DNA of 64,000 nucleotides, from NCBI RefSeq assembly GCF_009834535.1, contig NC_045697.1, forward strand, positions 62,250,001 through 62,314,000. The letters run 5' to 3'. This DNA is from Camelus ferus. Its lineage: Eukaryota. Under the pieces are notes generated by a model, which made no database searches, was not told the DNA's origin, and saw only the letters and a list, made by a program, of their open reading frames with translations. Both the position numbers and the translations under genes were made by a program. Below are positions 60,667-64,000 of this stretch, in pieces (position 1 is the stretch's first letter; the number at the start of each line of letters is the position of its first letter).

Positions 60667-63411
60667 CAACCCCTTAGAAGCAGCTCTGAAAAGAGGAAAA
60701 AATATAACTTAAAATATCTTGAAAATCAATGTGAATACAGGTTCAGGGGACAGTTAATAGAGATACATTTTTATAAGGCTACCTAGGATTAGGCTTATAT
60801 TCTAAGTATTTCAACTTTCTCTCTAGTATTAAACATCAATTTACAAATAACATGTTCACTTTTCATTCTTTTATCAAAAGGGAAATTCTAGCTTCAACTC
60901 AGTGGAGGAGAAACTCAGGAAACAAAAAGTTTCAAACAGTCACACGCAAATACCACATTTTTTCAATTGGAAGAACTCCCAGCTAGACTAGAAGTTCATT
61001 TTACTAATATACTTTTCATTGAAACAATTTTTAATAAGTACAAATACATGGCATTAAGGTTCAGAACCTAATATAGGTCTGACAATCAAGTCCCTGTTTT
61101 CTGGAAGAAAGACCTCAAGTCCACTCAATTTCCAGTAACAATGTTTTCAGATAACTTTGCTAATTAGGGGTTTTAATTTCCTTCATATTTTTCTTTTTGG
61201 CATTCTAGTCTTAAATACTAGCTAAGAAAATTTGTCCAATTCCCCAGAAGTTGAATTTTTTCCTTTGGTAGCATGGAAGATCCACAAAAACCTCTTCTCT
61301 AAGCTTATTCCCAATCTCCAATTTGTACTTAACATGAATTTTTTCATATATATTGTAAAAGGTAACTTACATAAAATATACCAATGAACATTAAATGTAG
61401 TTGTTAAAAAGATTTAACTAGCCTTATAATTTAAGTTTTAAAACATAAATATGTTGCAGCTTGATCTGTTGACAATGATTGTCGGAGCCAAGAATTCACC
61501 TAGAATTCAGTATCATTTACAAATCTCCATTCACGCATACAAAACACACATAGTAACACACAACTTACTCCTCTTCTCTTGAGAGAATCTCCTGCTTCTT
61601 TAAATCTTTGGCCTCCCAATTTTTCCTCTCACATTAACAAATTTTCCACCCATACTTCATCAATGCTTTTCCTAATCTTTCATGTTATATTGATGAACTC
61701 TTGAAACCTGCCTCAGAGATTACGAGACCAAAAAATAAATGAAATATAAAGTCGTTATTTCAGAATAGAACATGGGAGTATCAGAATCAAGGTTCCCTAC
61801 TGGGATCACACTTTATTTTACTGCAATGAGTAACTGCCAGCAAGGAAAAAACCTATGTTAGATTCTTTCACATTCTTTGGCAACTGACCAAAGAACCTAC
61901 CAACACAGATTGGGAGTACACACTATTTCCACAAAGTGCCCCCATAGGAACACCAGAATAGCTGCAATGTATTGAGGCCTCACCTGGAGAAAAAGGCTGT
62001 CTGTCATGGGAACAGCCAGGAAACCCACTACTTGGTGGAGATCCCTGAGAAAGTGTGATTTTTTAAAAATCTGGACTGTACTTAAGTTTCACCAGCCTTT
62101 TTCATTGTACTCACAGAAGCAGCAGCTGGTCTACCAGCACTCATACTACCTTTCTCATCCTACGTTTTCTGTATAACTGCTATGGCTTTGGACTCACAAA
62201 ATGATATTCTGTATAACTTGAAGGAGAAATTATGCCTCCTAATTTCAAATTTGCAATTTCCAAATATCATTTACAGCTCTGACATATAAACACCAACCAT
62301 CTATTAAAAAAGGTTTTCTTCAAGGATATGACTTAACACTGTACAATTACGAAGGAGTTGTACCCAAAGCAGACCAAATAATTTTACTTATGGTTGCTAT
62401 TTGAGATAAAAATCCATTCAATATAGAGCCTAGTGGTTTATTTACTGAAAAGTTCAAACTGAAAGCTGTGAATTCAATTCATCCATTTAAAATAAATTAC
62501 TTATATGAAATACAGATTCTGGCATAGATATAAGATAATAAAATCAATATCTATGGACTGAACCTGCATATTTCATTTGCTCACAAATTTGCACACACTA
62601 AAAAAGACAATTGCAGCAAAGGAAAAAGAAAACTGCCCTTTTGCAAACAAGACTAAAAAGCATCCCTCCAAAGAGGAAAAAAGAAACATGCATATATATG
62701 TATAAAGTGTTACAATACAAATGCTATTTCTAGAAAAATTTAACTGCATAGGTTAAAAACAACAACAATGTGCAATATCTTAAGCCATTAAAGCACCAAA
62801 AAAAAAAAAAAAAAACCCACCAAAATCATTGTTTTTGTAACAATTAACATACACAAATAAAAACATTGATCAAAACTCAGGAAGTAAATACCTTGACTGA
62901 CGTAATGTCCATTGCTGGGAGAATTTCTCTTCACTTTAAATGTCTCTTTTCATCACTAAAACAATTTTAAAGTGCTAACTTTATATAAAGCAGGGAAATT
63001 CTTCAAGTAATTTGCTTTTTAAGTATGCCAATTTGTATAGAGCTAGACAAGGAACTAAGAATAAACAAAAGTGAAAGAGGAAGATAGACATGGGGAAAAA
63101 ACTGACAAGTTATATCTGGACAAAGCAATAGAATGCTCTATCCAGTATCACCTGGGCCTTCCTGGTTCAATTAAATGCATAAGCTAACAGATTTAGGTGT
63201 CTGCTGGTTTAACACACTGACTCCCTTGGATTTACTAAAATTTACACATCAATAGGTATACAGAGTCCTAAGGAAAAGAGTGCCACTTAAAAATCAAGAT
63301 TGAACACTTATTAAAGCAATTTTAAAAACAAAAAGTTGTCTACAACTACAAATGAAGATAAAATGTCATAGACCTTACAAATTAAGAACTGAAGCCTTCT
63401 CCAAAGTTTAA

Positions 63412-64000
63412 TTACTCCTGCCCTTGAGCTGCCTTTTCAAGGAAGTACACATTAACCAAATGGCGATTGAGGTGTTTGCTGTAATCTTTCTCCTTTCTAA
63501 AAGACCGATCACAGAAGATACAAACAAAATCTCCCTCAGTCACCTTGACTGCCGAGGCTTCCTTTGCATTCTTTCTACTAGCTTCTTGTGGAACTTGCCG
63601 AGCCCCATTCAATCCAGAATCATCACTATCCTCTGACAAATTGTCACTTAGGTCACTTCCGTCGTGACTATGGATGCCTTCGTCTTCATCCATTTCCTGA
63701 GACTCATTTACTGCCATGGTGACAGGAGGTGATGCCATAGCAGTTTTGGACACTGCCTCATGTTTCTCCAGTGGCAGAGGAAGAAGCGGTGGTGGAACTG
63801 GATCTTCAACTGCTGGGTCTCTGCCAGAGGGATTCTCTGTTTTGTTTTCCTCAGTGTCCACTTCCATTTCACAAAGCACAGTGTCAGCCTGATGTCCACC
63901 ATCTGAAGTTTCACCCTCTGGCAAATTCAAGTTCTTTTCAGAGGATGAAATAGGGGCAGATTCCTTGGTAACAGCAGCAACACCAGCTAGACTCTTACCT
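63412..64000 (-). CDS. REST: RE1-silencing transcription factor, C-terminal part of last coding exon (5' part beyond the right edge)
   Basis: Frame open to the window edge; DEGIHS degron, C-terminal C2H2 finger FVCIFCDRSFRKEKDYSKHLNRH, ends AAQGQE*. Confidence 0.97.
   Translation of the reverse strand, partial: GKSLAGVAAVTKESAPISSSEKNLNLPEGETSDGGHQADTVLCEMEVDTEENKTENPSGRDPAVEDPVPPPLLPLPLEKHEAVSKTAMASPPVTMAVNESQEMDEDEGIHSHDGSDLSDNLSEDSDDSGLNGARQVPQEASRKNAKEASAVKVTEGDFVCIFCDRSFRKEKDYSKHLNRHLVNVYFLEKAAQGQE

Larger units (their letters stand above)
59775..63411 (-). other. REST: REST 3'UTR (~3.6 kb; distal end approximate)
   Basis: AT-rich, repeat-poor sequence after the stop, ending at AATAAA with a downstream GT-rich element. 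Confidence 0.75.

Overview
Mammalian genomic DNA, most likely a camelid judging by young tRNA-derived SINEs resembling Vic-1. The window is the REST-NOA1-POLR2B syntenic block. POLR2B (RPB2) coding exons 1-18 lie on the minus strand (37105 down to 120, 838 codons plus 1 nt, continuing off the left edge), with all GT-AG junctions and reading frame checked by hand. The complete 7-exon NOA1 gene (694 aa) is on the plus strand, head-to-head with POLR2B across an ~850 bp CpG-island promoter. The 3' part of the REST last exon and its ~3.6 kb 3'UTR are on the minus strand at the right edge. The rest is intronic or intergenic sequence rich in L1, L2, MIR, MLT1, hAT/MER elements and SINEs. I see no evidence for a wholly new biological system. 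The best leads are: a 412-bp TSD-flanked insertion of unrecognised sequence in NOA1 intron 3, a dimeric SINE with a single TSD, candidate poison 3' splice sites in POLR2B and NOA1, a possible antisense REST terminal exon over NOA1 exon 5, an altered REST degron, and neural miRNA seed matches in the REST 3'UTR. Repeat family names come from recalled consensus similarity, not a database search.
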